A stretch of 63,589 bases of DNA, counting the filler, from Nemertoderma westbladi (taxonomy: Eukaryota > Animalia > Xenacoelomorpha): NCBI GenBank assembly GCA_032718475.1. It is 3 parts of 3 records of this genome, joined end to end, with 100 filler letters (N's around TTAATTAATTAA, not from the genome) between each part and the next. Parts side by side here need not be neighbours in the genome. Positions count along the whole stretch, not along the records: positions 1 to 26,732 come from JAUCBJ010005754.1; positions 26,833 to 56,172 come from JAUCBJ010006387.1; 1 more part is not named here. One strand, given 5' to 3'. Positions 24,866 to 36,738 of this stretch are shown piece by piece. The position numbers were made by a program, and so were the translations under genes. Below the pieces are notes generated by a model. It had not been told where the DNA came from and did not search any database. It was given only the letters and a program-made list of their open reading frames with translations. How positions within the stretch are numbered: the first letter of the stretch is position 1; the number at the start of each line of letters is the position of its first letter.

Positions 24866-26732
24866 ACACCCCTCTTCGGGGTAATAAAACTTTTATTTCT
24901 CAATAAAATTTAAATAAAACCGGTCCAAACTAGAAATATATACATATGAATGATAATAATATGCTAGAGAACAATGTGAGTTATGCTTTATGTATTTGTA
25001 TTTATGGTACTTTTGTGGTTAGTGGCCCAATGAGGACAACGATGGACATGATTTGCATTTAATTGCATGGTATCGATCTTGTGAGCTTTTGTGGCAGTAT
25101 TTGCAGCAGCATTCAGGAGACAGTTCGTGGAATATAGTTTGGTTTGTACATATCTTGTGGTGGAATCCATGCACCGTCGTTCTTGCTATTATGTGTCGGT
25201 TCCGTTGGCCGGCAAGACGCCAGGTATGGGAGGTGAAACCAGGACCGTCAGAGTAGCATTGTGCGGTGAAGTTTTCTTCTCTCTCCCTTCGGTGTTGGCA
25301 GTATAGCTCCCATGTTTCGGATGAGAACATATTTGCGTGTTCCTTATAAAGTTCTTGGGCGAATGTTTCGCATCCGACCATTTTGTGCTCCATTGTTACG
25401 GATGAGTTCCTGTGGAGTGATAATAGCCTCTTTAGAAATGCCGTTTTGATTTTGTCAAGTTCGATCAGGTTCCGTAGGGTGAAGAATACGCCTATCTCTA
25501 GAAAGGCATAAGTAACTGCTGGTTTTATTTTCATGTTAAATATTGCTATTCCAGTCTTTACAGATATCATGGGTAGATGTTGCAGGCATCCAATTACACC
25601 AAATGCTTTGCGTTTCTTGACATCTAGGTGCTTCGTGAAGCATAAAGTTGGTTGTAATATTACTCCAAGATACTTGTATTGGTTACATATCTCTACACTT
25701 TCGCCACCGTAAGTGAAACAATCTGTCTTTGCTAGTCTGCCCCCGCGACGAAATTTTATTATCTTGGTTTTAGTCATGTTAACAATCATTCCGTTTCTAT
25801 TGCACCAACTGTATATAATATCAAGACCTGTTTGGATGTGTTCTCTATTTCTTGAGTAAATAACTAGGTCATCTGCAAAGAACAGAAATTTGAGAGCTGA
25901 TCCCACCTGGCGAAGAACTAGTGCTAGATCTGATATGAACATAAGAAAGCAAGATGGGGAGAAGCAGTCCCCCTGTAGTATACCTCTCAGTTGTTGTATT
26001 GATTTAGTAAGTTTAATACCATCAAATATTTTGACCGAGTTATGTAGTATATCTTTCACCAATAAATATAGTTTTCCATGGATCCCAAATTCATTGTATA
26101 ATTTATGGAGTAGGATGCTGCGATCTACCATGTCGAACGCTTTCTTATAGTCGATAAATGCGGCATAGACATACTGGCCACTGTTTCCACCATTGATAGC
26201 TTCATTTATGTATGCTAGTAGTTTGCCGATTGCTTGTTGTGTTGATCGTCCACTCCGAAAGCCAAACTGTTCGTCCGGAAGGAGATGGTTTTTGTGTTGA
26301 ATTACTCGTTTATTAATCATGCTGGTTAGTATTTTCAGCAGGATACAAATTAGAGCGATTCCTCTGTAATTGCTTGGATCTGCAATGCTTCCTAGGCCCT
26401 TATATATGATCTTGATTAAGCTGGATCGCCATGTATTTGAAATCCTTCCAATATTTAAACAGACGTTGTATAGATATGATAGAATTGTTATTAGAAACGG
26501 GAGTCCAATTTTGATATGTTCATAGTATAATCCATCATGCCCGCAGGCCTTGTTATTTGCTGAGTCGCGGACAGCGTCTTCGATCTCCTTCTCAGTGAAT
26601 GGTGAGTTGTACCAATCTTCAGTTTCTGTTTCTTCCGTTGGAGGTATTGGGATCTCGGCACGTTGAGGGTCTTCCCGCCCTAGTAGTTCTCGAAAATGTG
26701 ACTCTAGCGTATCCGAGTCTATCGGAGCTGCT
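24829..26732 (-). mobile_element. Apparently young LINE: uninterrupted ORF2 (RT plus Cys/His C-terminus), 3' hairpin and poly(A) tail; cut by the contig end
   Basis: Frame open from the gap to the stop at 25019 (NNKACGHDG, DPSNYRGIAL, QFGFR, FIDYKKAFD, GILQGD, FFADD, YKYLG, CCCKYC..H...C). AATAAA near 24895, acccc/ggggt hairpin, T-run at 24829-24855. Confidence 0.92.
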
Positions 26733-26832
26733 NNNNNNNNNNNNNNNNNNNNNNNNNNNNNNNNNNNNNNNNNNNNTTAATTAATTAANNNNNNNNNNNN
26801 NNNNNNNNNNNNNNNNNNNNNNNNNNNNNNNN
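26733..26832. other. Artificial contig linker (N44-TTAATTAATTAA-N44)
   Basis: Six-frame-stop spacer inside Ns, exactly 100 nt. Confidence 0.97.
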
Positions 26833-27008
26833 TACTTGGAAAATTTCTAAACTTTTGCCAAACAACATGTGTACCAAGTTTGGATAGATTTCATCAAAGA
26901 TTGGCCGAGTTATTAACGTTAAAATTGAACACGACAGAACGACAGAACGACAAGTTGATTAATGGTACCACTACGCTAAGGCTCACTCACTTCGTGGCTC
27001 GCCCCACA
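26833..27008 (-). mobile_element. HINE fragment, same family as 3490-3730
   Basis: Reverse-complement match: catgtgtaccaagtttgg, (gacagaac)n, ctcgccccaca. Confidence 0.65.
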
Positions 27009-27754
27009 GGTTGTAAGACAGAAATAAGCGCTATAAAACACTTAATAATAAAGATAAATTAAAAAAAAATGAAAAATCTTCATATATAATATTCCAATAA
27101 AAAGTCGACCGAGAAAGTGAAATCCTGGTATTCTTCACATGGGCGTTTATATTTATGTAAAGGTCTCACTCGCTGCGCTCGCTCGGTACATAAATAGACT
27201 CGGGTCATAACGCTGAAAAGTGCTACTTTATGTAAATAATTATTATTACCCCGGTGAGCCGGTATATTATTTTACCATGGTAGAATTAACAATTATTATG
27301 TCTGAACTGTCTTTAGGAAAGTATCAATCATCTTCAGTGGAGATCAAAGACATAACGGAATACTCATCAGTAGTTGTATGACATGCATAACATAATTTGT
27401 TCGCATGCACATTTGAAAATAAACAATTAACAACGTAATCAACCAAATCTGCCCGCAAATATAGACTATAAACATGACATATCGATAGAAAAATGAAGAC
27501 ATAATAATCAACGTACTCAAGGCATTCAATACACTGCACGCACAAGACGTTATTTGATTATAAAATGTGCTGAACTGGATCATATGGTCCAAGGTGGTCC
27601 ACGGAATTGGTTCTAAGTACCATTTCCGTGTCTTAGATGTTGGGTGGAGTCATGTCGAATATTATCAATATGTAGAAAATATATAATCGTTATATTTCGA
27701 AATTTGCATGAAATATAGACACTATTTTGATTATTGTAGAGATTGGCTGAAGTC

Positions 27755-28414
27755 ATCCCCGATCCCCCATCCCCGGTCCCACATCCCCGATCCCCCATCC
27801 CACATCCCCGGGTCCCCCATCCCCAGTCCCCCCATCCTCGACCCCCCCCATCCCCGACCCCCCATCCCCCCATCCCCGGTCCCCCCACCCCCAGTCCTAA
27901 AATCCCCAGTCCCAATCCCCCATCCCCGACCCCCCATCCCCAGTCCCCCAACCCCCTATCCCCGACCCCCCCATCCCCAGTCCCCCATCCCCGACCCCCC
28001 CACCCCCCCCCCCATCCCCAGTCCCCGATCCCCATCATCAGTCCCCCATCCCCAGTCCCCCATCCCCGGTCCCCCATCCCCAGTCCCCCCATCCCCAGTC
28101 CCCCATCCCCATCACCAGTCCCCCATCTCCAGTCCCCCATCCCCAGTCCCCCATCCCCAGTCCCTGGTCCCCCATCCCTAGTCCTAATATCATATCCCCA
28201 GTCCCCGATCCCCCATCCCCGGTCCCCCATCCCCAGTCCCCCCTCTCCAGTCCCCCATTCCCCGGTCACCCATCCCCAGTCCCCCATCCCCGGTCTCCCA
28301 CCCCCAGTCCTAAAATCCCCAGTCCCCTATCCCCCATTCCCATCTCCAGTCCCCCCATCCCCGGTCCCCCCATTCCCGGACCCCCATCCCCGGTACCCAA
28401 TCCCCCATCCCCAG
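27755..28414. repeat. C-rich 7/14-bp minisatellite (CCCCAGT CCCCCAT)n; G-quadruplex-prone on the minus strand
   Basis: Direct tandem structure; it produces spurious Pro- and Gly-rich ORFs. Confidence 0.95.
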
Positions 28415-28535
28415 TAATATGTAATCAATAATGATTAGCAAGGCTAAATAAGTTGATTATCTTTGAAATCTGCATGCAATAAGCAAGTTGCGCATCTTGT
28501 ATAAACTTGTGCGGAGCTGGATCATCTGGGTACTA

Positions 28536-30892
28536 GGTGCCACTACCGTATCATATAGGGGTTGCTTGGTGCCACTACCGTATCATATAGGGGTTGCTTG
28601 GTGCCACTACCGTATCATATAGGGGTTGCTTAGTGCCACTACCGTATCATATAGGAGTTGCTTGGTGCCACTACCGTATCATATAGGAGTTGCTTGGTGC
28701 CACTACCGTATCATATAGGGGTTGCTTGGTGCCACTACCGTATCATATATAGGGGTTGCTTGGTGCCACTACCGTATCATATAGGGGTTGCTTGGTGACA
28801 CTACCGTATCATATAGGGGTTGCTTGGTGACACTACCGTATCATATAGGAGGTGCTTGGTGCCACTACCATATCATATAGGGGTTGGCTTGGTGCCACTA
28901 CCGTATTGTATAGGGGGTTGCTTGGTGCCACTACCGTATAATATAGGGGTTGCTTGGTGCCACTACCGTATCATATAGGGGTTGCTTGGTGCCCACTACC
29001 GTATCATATAGGGGTTGCTTGGTGCCACTACCGTATCATATATGGGTTGCTTGGTGCCACTACCGTATCATAGAGGGGTTGCTTGATCATATAGGGGTTG
29101 CTTGGTGCCACTACCGTATCATATAGGGGTAGCTTGGTGCCACTACCGTATCATATATGGGTTGCTTGGTGCCACTACCGTATCATATAGGAGTTGCTTG
29201 GTGCCACTACCGTATCATATAGGGGTTGCTTGGTGCCACTACCGTATCATATAGGGGTTGCTTGGTGCCACTACCGTATCATATAGGGGTTGCTTGGTGC
29301 CACTACCGTATCATATAGGGGTTGCTTGCTGTCAATACCGTATCATATAGGGGTTGCTTGGTGCCACTACCGTATCATATAGGGGTTTGCTTGGTGCCAC
29401 TACCGTATCATATAGGGGTTGCTTGGTACCACTACCGTATCATATAGGGGTTGCTTGGTGCCACTACCGTATCATATAGGGGTTGCTTTGTGCCACTACC
29501 GTATCATATAGTGGTTGATTGGTGCCACTACCGTATCATATAGGAGTTGCTTGGTGCCACTACCGTATCATATAGGGGTTGCTTGGTGCCACTACCGTAT
29601 CATATAGGGGTTGCTTGGTGCCACTACCGATCATATAGGCCATAGGGGTTGCTTGGTGCCACTACCGTATCATATAGGGGTTGCTTGGTGCCACTACCGT
29701 ATCATATAGGGGTTGCTTGGTGCCACTACCGTATCATATAGGGGTTGCTTGGTGCCACTACCGTATCATATAGGGGTTGCTTTGTGCCACTACCGTATCA
29801 TATAGTGGTTGATTGGTGCCACTACCGTATCATATAGGAGTTGCTTGGTGCCACTACCGTATCATATAGGGGTTGCTTGGTGCCACTACCGTATCATATA
29901 GGGGTTGCTTGGTGCCACTACCGTATCATATAGGGGTTGCTTGGTGCCACTACCGTATCATATAGGGGTTGCTTGGTGCCACTACCGTATCATATAGGGG
30001 TTGCTTGGTGCCACTACCGATCATATAGGGGTTGCTTGGTGCCACTACCGTATCATATAGGGGTTGCTTGGTGCCACTACCGTATCATATAGGAGGTTGC
30101 TTGGTGCCACTACCGTATCATATAGGGGTTGCTTGGTGCCACTACCGTATCATATAGAGGTTGCTTGGTGCCACTACCGTATCATATATGGGTTGCTTTG
30201 TGCCACTACCGTATCATATAGTGGTTGATTGGTGCCACTACCGTATCATATAGGAGTTGATTGGTGCCACTACCGTATCATATAGGGGTTGCTTGGTGCC
30301 ACTACCGTATCATATAGGGGTTGCTTGGTGACACTACCGTATCATATAGGGGTTGCTTGGTGCCACTACCGTATCATATAGGAGTTGCTTGGTGCCACTA
30401 CCGTATCATATAGGGGGTTGCTTGGTGCCACTACCGTATCATATAGGGGTTGCTTGGTGCCACTACCGTATCATATAGAGGTTGCTTGGCGCCACTACCG
30501 TATCATATAGGGGTTGCTTTGTGCCACTACCGTATCATATAGGGGTTGCTTTGTTACACTACCGTATCATATAGTGGTTGATTGGTGCCACTACCGTATC
30601 ATATAGGAGTTGATTGGTGCCACTACCGTATCATATAGGGGTTGCTTGGTGCCACTACCGTATCATATAGGGGTTGCTTGGTGACACTACCGTATCATAT
30701 AGGGGTTGCTCGGTGCCACTACCGTATCATATAGGGGTTGCTTGGTGCCACTACCGTATCATATAGGGGTTGCTTGGTGCCACTGCCGTATCATATAGGG
30801 GTTGCTTGGTTCCACTACCGTATTATATAGGGGTTGCTTGGTGCCACTAAGGGGTTGCTTGGTGCCACTGCCGTATCATATATGGGTTGCTT
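28536..30892. repeat. 32-bp satellite, ~73 copies (GGTGCCACTACCGTATCATATAGGGGTTGCTT)
   Basis: Head-to-tail, highly homogeneous units with no spacers. Confidence 0.98.
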
Positions 30893-31377
30893 AGAATCCA
30901 TCTCAGAGTATAAAACATCGCGGACAATTTATTACTAAAACATACAATTTTCTCGAAAAAAAAAATAATTAAAACAATCCCTCTATTGTTAAAGAATCAT
31001 GGGATCATGGGATCCCATCTATCTGAGAAGATTCTGTCTAAAATTGAAAATAGTATGGGTACTGTGCGCTGGGCTTGGCATGATAGCTACAGTGAGTGGC
31101 ATTTAATATAAATTCAATGGCGTTACCGATGCTCTTAATGGGCACTAAACTTCTATTAATGAGAAATGGTTCGTAAAACCTTTAATCAAACATCCGATTC
31201 AGCAATAATTTGTAATATTCTTACGTATAATTACATAATCCATCAGCAGAGAGAACTCACATTTCCAAATACGAAGTAATAAACTTCAAGACCGTTAAGA
31301 CAAGTTCATCACTGTTTATAAGCTGAATAATCAAGCACAAGTGCGTCAATTTATTGTTTTTCATCAATTAAGGAGTT

Positions 31378-33549
31378 TTAATTCCCTATGAACCACTCCA
31401 CAGCGTTGAGCAGATAATCTACTGTAGCCTCCACTGAATCCAACCCGTGCGCAAGATCTGGGTAGACCAAGAGCTTAGAAACCACCCCGGCGGCCCTTAG
31501 CAACCGATGGTACTCCCTTCCCTGGTAACTAGGGACTCTTTTATAGGATCCCCCGACCATGATCAAAGTGGGGCACCGCACCTTCTCGACCCAGCGCACG
31601 GGGGACTTGTCGTACAGCACGGAGCTGACGCCGGGTTCCACGGTATACCCATGTCGGAAACTCAACCCGCACTCGGAAAACACCCAATCCGGAATGTCAG
31701 TTCCGGACGTCATGGTGACCAGGTTGGTGACCGCATTGAGCAAACAAGCCGCTTTGAAAGCGTCGGGGTGCTGACCAATTAGATGAGCCGCTAGGAAACC
31801 ACCATGGGAACCTCCCATTACGAACAAGTCGGGTCTCTTAGACAACCTGCGTTCTAGAACCTCTTCTATGCACTGCATACAATCAGCTACGTCCTGCTCA
31901 CCTATCCGCCCTAATAAGCTGTTATTGTTGTCTTCACCGAAACCTATAGAACCGCGGTAGTTTATATAAGTAACTGCGAATCCCAAAGAAACAAAAATCC
32001 CTGCAACGGTAGAGAATGCCGCATTTCTCACGGCATGAGGCCCCCCATGAGGGATCACTAGTAGTTTATCTACGTCCACTTTACCATCAACCATGGAGTC
32101 AGTCCCGTAGACAAACAAACTCTCCATAAATAGGTCTGGGTAGGTCTCGTTGGGGAGTTTAGGATCGTGTCGCAAGATCTCCCAACCTACCGCTGAGTTT
32201 AGAGAGAGATGCGAAGGGGAGATTGGGCCTAATCTGAGTCCGGGGTTGGTTGGGTCAGAGAGACGACAGAGGGTGAGGTAGGGAGGGACGTTGGGAGCCG
32301 AGTGGGACAGAAGGGCCAGGTCTTCGTGCACGTTTAGTACACTCACGGAGCCTTGGGAGGTCGATGACCCACCTACTCGGGTCAATGATCCCGACTCCAG
32401 GTTGATCATCAAACAGACCTCGCGACTCCCCCAGAAGCTGTTCATAACGACATCGAGGCCGTGGTGAGTGAATATGGTCTCGGGAAGTAGGAAGAAGTAG
32501 AGGCCAGGGAAATCGTCCGGACTTGTTGGCTTGGCGACTGAGCCAACCACCTCGGTGACTGCCAATGTGTCCACGTCCATGCTCATTAGTTTGGAGCCGT
32601 GGATATGGGCCCCGAAGGCTGGCACCTCGAAGAACAGAACGGTGTCCGTGGTGTAGGGAACGTGTCTGGGGTCGGAGACATGCACCGTGGATGGGCTGTC
32701 TACAGGGTGTAGCCGGGTGCAGGTCGAAGTGGGAATGTCCAGCTTGTACAAAGCCGATGGTCGGTTGTTACAGATGTTCTTTCCCAGACGGTAGGGGAGA
32801 GCCTCCATACCAATGAAGATGACCTGTTTGTCGTGAATAAACTGCGGATGAATCGGAATAATTCCATCGGGGATTCCGTCAAGACAGACCACAGTGCCGG
32901 CATCCAAATCAAGTAGGAATATCCCGGAAACAGACTTACCCACTAGGGATTCCCCCCAATCTTCAACCAATTCAAATTTCCCGCCGATTCTAACTTTATT
33001 CGCATCTTTAAGGTCATCGGTTTCGGAGAAGTTGACGGCTTTCTCTCGCTTTTTCTCCGCGATATAAATAATTAAGTTACCGTCGGATGAACAATCGAAC
33101 CCACCTAGAACTCTATCCGCGTATATGTTCCCATGGGACTCGTTGGCACTCAGATTAACCACTTTCTCCCTAACGTTGTCTATCCATAGCTCTGCGATAT
33201 AAGAATTTTCACCGTCCGTCGGTTTTCCAGATTTACTCGGTTTCTTTTTGAATGTAACATATTGGTTGCCGGTATCACCTATAAACACGGTTTTAACATC
33301 AGCTTCGATATTTCTCTCTACGAACACACTATCAGAAATTTCTTTGAAGTCGGTTCCAATAACGTTTTGTTTATGCAGAAGTATTTTATCGTTCCGTTTT
33401 AGATCCAACAGTTCCCAGTTGGATTGCACAGATATTCCAAGGGGTGTGGTGAATATTTTCCCGCTCACTGGAGTACAATATTTAGTGAATGATTCAAACA
33501 ACTTCACGTTGTGGCGAACTGAATCCAGACGTCCCGAATCGCTCTCCAT
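31378..33549 (-). CDS. APEH: Acylamino-acid-releasing enzyme (APEH, peptidase S9C), single exon, 723 aa; catalytic Asp position reads Tyr
   Basis: Motifs EDWGE, PYRLG..CNNRPSALY, DFPGLY, PHGGPH, INYRGSIGFG, GGSHGGFL, TDIPDW, YPDLAHGL. AATAAA ~25 nt after the stop. Confidence 0.95.
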   Translation of the reverse strand: MESDSGRLDSVRHNVKLFESFTKYCTPVSGKIFTTPLGISVQSNWELLDLKRNDKILLHKQNVIGTDFKEISDSVFVERNIEADVKTVFIGDTGNQYVTFKKKPSKSGKPTDGENSYIAELWIDNVREKVVNLSANESHGNIYADRVLGGFDCSSDGNLIIYIAEKKREKAVNFSETDDLKDANKVRIGGKFELVEDWGESLVGKSVSGIFLLDLDAGTVVCLDGIPDGIIPIHPQFIHDKQVIFIGMEALPYRLGKNICNNRPSALYKLDIPTSTCTRLHPVDSPSTVHVSDPRHVPYTTDTVLFFEVPAFGAHIHGSKLMSMDVDTLAVTEVVGSVAKPTSPDDFPGLYFFLLPETIFTHHGLDVVMNSFWGSREVCLMINLESGSLTRVGGSSTSQGSVSVLNVHEDLALLSHSAPNVPPYLTLCRLSDPTNPGLRLGPISPSHLSLNSAVGWEILRHDPKLPNETYPDLFMESLFVYGTDSMVDGKVDVDKLLVIPHGGPHAVRNAAFSTVAGIFVSLGFAVTYINYRGSIGFGEDNNNSLLGRIGEQDVADCMQCIEEVLERRLSKRPDLFVMGGSHGGFLAAHLIGQHPDAFKAACLLNAVTNLVTMTSGTDIPDWVFSECGLSFRHGYTVEPGVSSVLYDKSPVRWVEKVRCPTLIMVGGSYKRVPSYQGREYHRLLRAAGVVSKLLVYPDLAHGLDSVEATVDYLLNAVEWFIGN

Positions 33550-33783
33550 AATAAATTAACTTCGTATATCAAGTATTGAATATGACAGTATCATATCAGC
33601 ATATCAAGTATTGAATATTAGACCTAACACTGTAATTGGTAATACTGTAATACTACCGTACCGGTAATACAGTAATACTAATACAGGAGTAGTACCAGTA
33701 ATAAATAAATTATGTCCGTATGCAATATGCTATGCATAACTGCATCAGTGGCGTAGCCAGGATTTCACAAGGGGAGAGGCCAG

Positions 33784-34923
33784 GATACGTAATAAAAGGT
33801 AGAACGATCTACGATCTATAACGGGCCATAAAGATCTATAACGGACTATAACTTCCTATAACGAGCTATAATCTGAAAATTTACAATAAAAAAACATATT
33901 TTAGAATGGATTTATTTTCATAGTCAGTAATTTAATTACGTATTACTATTAATTTGGTTTTTTAGTCCATAATGCTTTTCATCTTTGTAGTATCACGAAA
34001 TCAGTCATTACTGCATTAGTCAGCATGCCACTACTGCACTATCTGACATCTGAGCACAAGGCCATCTAAACAACAGGCCATGACAAGGACCTAGCCTTGA
34101 AAATTATCGTAGGCTGACTGTGCTGATTATGGTCCTTAACTGTACCTAACAGCCTAACATTGAATCCCCTTATTTATTATAAAACCATCGGAAATATCCG
34201 CAAATGCCGCTCCATTACTGTCTGAAACGTTTCCGACTGGAGTTCTAACAATTCCCCCTCGCGGCAGACAGGAACTGTATAACCTTTACAGCTACTTTTA
34301 CGTTTCTGTCAATTCGCCCCACTAGCGACAGACAGAGGTGTAAAAGTCTGTCTGTGTGTAGTATTTCGATTTATGCAATGCTTGTAGGTTACTGCTACCA
34401 AATTTCAGATGAATCTGATGGTTGGTTCTATAATTAGTGCTATTTTTACGTTTCTGTTAATTCGCCCCCCTAGCGGTAGACAGAGGAACTGTAGAAGTCT
34501 GTCTGTGTGTAGAATTTCTAAATTTTTTATAGACTACATGTGTTACCAAGTTTGATTCCATTTCATCCATGATTGACTTGAGTTATTAGCGTTCAAACAT
34601 TCCTGCCACAAACATAGCCAGAGGCAGTCACAAACAACCAAAAGCTGCAGGAACTCAAGCGATAATTAATTAATAATTATTAAATACTGTTTCAATTAAA
34701 TTATTTACGAAAATCTACTTATCTTCTTTTAAATATGGACCCTGCATTCGTGGAATATATAATATTTGATAATTCAGCAGTCAACATACGATAATTTAGC
34801 AGGCTATGTCCTTGTCATGGCCTGTTATTTAGATGCCTTGGTGCAGCATGTAAATTTTTATAATATAGCTCGTTATAGGTGGTTATAGCCCGTTATAGAT
34901 CGTTCTACCTTTTAGTACGTACC
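33784..34923. mobile_element. Mutator-like non-autonomous element with long TIRs
   Basis: TIR g(a/g)tacgta(a/c)taaaaggtagaacgatcta. Perfect 9-bp TSD AGAGGCCAG at 33775-33783 and 34924-34932. Confidence 0.88.
34181..34670. mobile_element. HINE-like element nested in the MULE
   Basis: Contains 'catgtgttaccaagtttgatt' and 'accaaatttcag' cores. Its first ~55 bp recur at 3927-3984. Confidence 0.55.
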
Positions 34924-36738
34924 AGAGGCCAGAGACAGAAGGGGGGGGGGGGGGGGTTTGGGGGGGGGGGGCAGACTCAAAATTAACAAATATAATCAAA
35001 ATGAATAAAATTAAATAATGTTAACATATGTGAGGTAGTTTGATCAATTTTGAAATTTCAAATCAAATTTCAAATAAAAAACAAATTTGAAAATCAAATT
35101 TGATCAAACGATATTTTTCCAAAGCAGATTAGGTTCATGTTAGAATTCAGATACAAGTAAGTGTATGGACCTTTAGCGAACACGTTTTATTTTTATTATT
35201 ACTGCAGGTCACTATGTCTGTCTGTTTTAATGTCTGTCTGTTTGTCTGTCAAGAAATATAGCAAATAAATAAAAATAAAGCACACCACCAAATTGTTTTT
35301 GGTAATGGGGTTTTACTTGCCGATGATTTCAATTACGATGTCGGTTTTCAGTTTCACTATTTGCCGAATCTAAACTTTTGTCTGCCTGTCAGTCAGTCTG
35401 TCTGTTATTATGTCTGTCTGTCCGTTAAAATTTAAGAAAGTGTACAAACTATTTAGAATTTGTGTTAATAGGCATAAGGATGTTATTACGTTACGTTACG
35501 GTATCTTTTCAGGAATACCGTAGCTCAATATTTTTCCGTAATGTAAACCGTAACGTAATAGCTTTTTCAATACCGTAACGTAATATTACTGTATATTTTT
35601 ACCGTAAACCGTAACGTAGCGTAATATTTGTTTTATCTACCAAGCAATCATTTGGGACAAAAAAAAGTAAATCTTTCGATTTAGGTTTTGTTTGTCTGTA
35701 CTCGGTATCCTTATAGCCAGCTTCATGGCTTCTCAAGTTATTTATGATGAAGTTTTAAATAATAATCAATTTATAGTTAAATTAAGTTTTAATTAAACAT
35801 TAAGTTTTAATTAATGTTAAACTAACTAGGGCTACTGACTGAACTATTTATACTGAGGCTCTGCTCTATCCTAGCTGTAGCCTATAACAACGCAGTATGC
35901 TACAATGGTATAGATCATAGATTTACAGGACAGGTTAGCTAGCAGGTTACATGGTAGGCCTATAGGCGAGTCAATCTAGCCGAAAAAGGGGGTCAACCCA
36001 TAACAAATTCGCAATTCATCCAAACCAATTTTTTTATATTCTACATTACCTTGTTAATACACCCAAAAAAGTCTATAAAAATATATTATGCGGATCACCT
36101 TTAATTTCCTGTTTCTTTCCTTAGCAACATGGATAGCAACAAGGGGTCTACTGGTGGGATTTTCTCCAAATTTGGTACAGACAAACTTTACTCTAATGAC
36201 TATCGATTGACTGAAGTATGCATTTCTAGATAGTTACCAATTTAGTTTCCAGAGCAACGGAAATTTGTCTAATAATTTAACCATTTTTAATGCTCTTTTT
36301 GCTGGTACAATACAGGGAGCTTATTTTTACACAACTTCTCTACTAAACGGGTGGATGTAACATCGCCCATCGGTTTTATCGACCTCAAAAACCCTTATCT
36401 CAAAAAAATGTATTTGTTATATGATAAACTATTGTGGTTTTTCAAACTAAAACAAATAAATAAATTACACCTAAAATCAATAGAGCAATCACAATTTAAT
36501 TATATGAAAAATCTTCACTAACATTAATGGAAATTAGGAAATTTCCTTGCAGTGGAATTGTATAATTTTTTTACATCGGTTACCTTAATTTATCGTGAAG
36601 TGTTTGATATATTTTAAAATTTGATGCGACTTCTAGTTTCCGAGATATAGGAATTAATGTGTAACACGCTACCGTTCTACCAATTTAAAGTTATTTTTAC
36701 AATAATTTAATTTACAATTTCAAAACATTGAAACTATA

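Noticed and set aside
27324-27592. Small Cys-containing ORFs as a TET continuation or viral gene
   Set aside because: No TET motifs, no recognisable domain, short and AT-rich.
27613-28417. Pro-rich and Gly/Trp-rich ORFs (extensin- or collagen-like)
   Set aside because: Translations of the C-rich minisatellite, open in several frames on both strands.
28536-30892. CRISPR array (32-bp repeats)
   Set aside because: Units are contiguous with no unique spacers, there are no cas genes, and the context is eukaryotic. It is a satellite.
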